Source: a bacterium (GTDB lineage: Bacteria; Bacteroidota; Bacteroidia; Bacteroidales; FEN-979). Taken from it: a stretch of 64,000 nucleotides of DNA. Positions within the stretch are counted from its first letter, which is position 1, and each line of letters starts with the position of its first letter. The stretch lies in assembly GCA_037141055.1 (NCBI GenBank), contig JBAXDH010000003.1, positions 6,256 through 70,255 of the forward strand. The letters are read 5' to 3'. The notes under the pieces are model-generated. The model did no database searches and was not told the origin of the DNA. It saw only the letters and a program-made list of their open reading frames with translations. Shown piece by piece: positions 63,148 to 64,000 of the stretch. The translations under genes were made by a program, and so were the position numbers.

Positions 63148-64000
63148 TTAGCGCACTGGGAGTGAAGGACCTTTTACTCCTGGCTCCCGGTCCAGGCCCG
63201 AATCAATAAGGAAACGCACGGCAGTCCCGGCCCAGATGTAGGTTTTGTTCCATCCCGCCTGGCGGTCGTCGGCACTGTAAAACTCCCAGAAAACATGATC
63301 AGTCTTCAAATGGAAAATCATATTGTCGAGCACTTTCCCGGCAAGTTCACGCGCCTCAGTTTTATAGCCATAATCCCGAAGCCCCTGGAAAAGCAGGTAA
63401 TTCCATTGAACCCATACAGGTCCGTTCCAGTAGCCGATGGGACAATAATAGTCACTTGCCGCAGAGAGGGATGGAATTCCATAGGGCCTCCAGAATTCAG
63501 TAGTGTCCCGCATTTTTTCAACCAGAATTTTTGCCTTTTCTGTGTCGGCAATGTCGGCCCACAATGGCAGAAAACCAATTATCTCCTTTATTTTCAGGTC
63601 ATTGGGCGAATGAAAACGGAAAGACTGATTATTTTTGTTCACATTGTAATAAAACCCGGTCGATGGATCCCACATGGCGTCATTGATTAATTTGCTCCTG
63701 TGAACGGCATCTGCCTGCCACTTCAAGGATTCCTCCGCAAGCCCCAGTTGCCTGGCCATTTCGGAAAGGGATTTCGCTTCCATCACCAGCATCGAATTTA
63801 CATCAGGCCCTTCGAAACCGGCTGCCCACCCGACTTTGTCCCAAACGGCTACCCGCGCATCCCGGACCGATTCCAATTCGGCATGCGCACCCCATTCGCA
63901 CAATCCGTTGTTGTTCGAATCCCGGTTTGCAACATAAAACTGGTAAAATTTTTTGCCCGAATAATATGCATCTTTCAGAAACTGCCTGTCACCGGTGATG
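63148..64000 (-). CDS. (alpha/alpha)6-barrel glycoside hydrolase, GH63/MGH1-like, paralog (C-terminal part; N-terminus outside the window)
   Basis: The frame stays open to position 64000: upstream of the ORF-track TTG it reads ITGDRQFLKDAYYSGKKFYQFYVANRDSNNNGL with no stop. It aligns by eye with 60297-62441: WDPSTGFYYNV vs WDDSTGFYYSV, FWRPYGIPSLS vs FWRKYGVPTLS, WNGPVWVQWNYLLFQGLRDYGY vs WNGPVWMLWDYMVYDGLRQYGY. Confidence 0.75.
   Translation of the reverse strand, partial: ITGDRQFLKDAYYSGKKFYQFYVANRDSNNNGLCEWGAHAELESVRDARVAVWDKVGWAAGFEGPDVNSMLVMEAKSLSEMARQLGLAEESLKWQADAVHRSKLINDAMWDPSTGFYYNVNKNNQSFRFHSPNDLKIKEIIGFLPLWADIADTEKAKILVEKMRDTTEFWRPYGIPSLSAASDYYCPIGYWNGPVWVQWNYLLFQGLRDYGYKTEARELAGKVLDNMIFHLKTDHVFWEFYSADDRQAGWNKTYIWAGTAVRFLIDSGLDREPGVKGPSLPVR

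Overview
This looks like an origin-proximal chromosomal segment of a Bacteroidota genome. The evidence is dnaA with an adjacent AT-rich gap, the bamD-rpoZ-coaBC-DUF4835(porD)-recN synteny, several T9SS C-terminal sorting domains, and TAnnTTTG -7 promoter boxes in many intergenic gaps. All homology calls come from reading motifs in the supplied translations; no searches were run and no GC values were computed.

The window is densely coding, with about 50 genes and short gaps. I saw no rRNA, tRNA, CRISPR array, transposase, integrase, phage gene or recognisable defence system.

Content by region:
- Housekeeping genes: dnaA, prmC, yggS, serA/serC, rpmE2, lon, dapA, coaBC, recN, galK/galM, ogt, ppk2.
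- Three T9SS-secreted peptidases: two tandem M1 enzymes and one M14.
- A minus-strand mannoside/glycoprotein operon: GH2 beta-mannosidase, GH92, a DMT transporter and an M64 peptidase.
- From about 53.7 kb to the window end, an accessory-looking block. It holds a 944-aa secreted fusion protein ending in an FGE/SUMF1-like domain. Convergent with it is a tightly packed minus-strand operon of two paralogous GH63/MGH1-like hydrolases, an NAD(P)-binding protein, GH172/DUF2961, a CAP+SPOR protein and a small beta-barrel. No SusC/SusD pair is present.

Items most worth a second look:
1. A bacterial EXPERA/TMEM97 (sigma-2 receptor/EBP-like) homolog paired with an SDR.
2. The FGE-fusion protein and the neighbouring glycosidase operon.
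3. A Y-shaped structured inverted-repeat element of about 147 nt in the unusually long galK-ppk2 gap.
4. An array of 9-bp-periodic CAATG repeats (6 direct, 3 inverted) downstream of a sodium:solute symporter.
5. A serine-palmitoyltransferase/cysteate-acyltransferase-like alpha-oxoamine synthase coupled to an uncharacterised polytopic membrane protein.
6. An orphan Avd/23S-IVS-type four-helix-bundle gene wedged into the DUF1015-serA-serC cluster.
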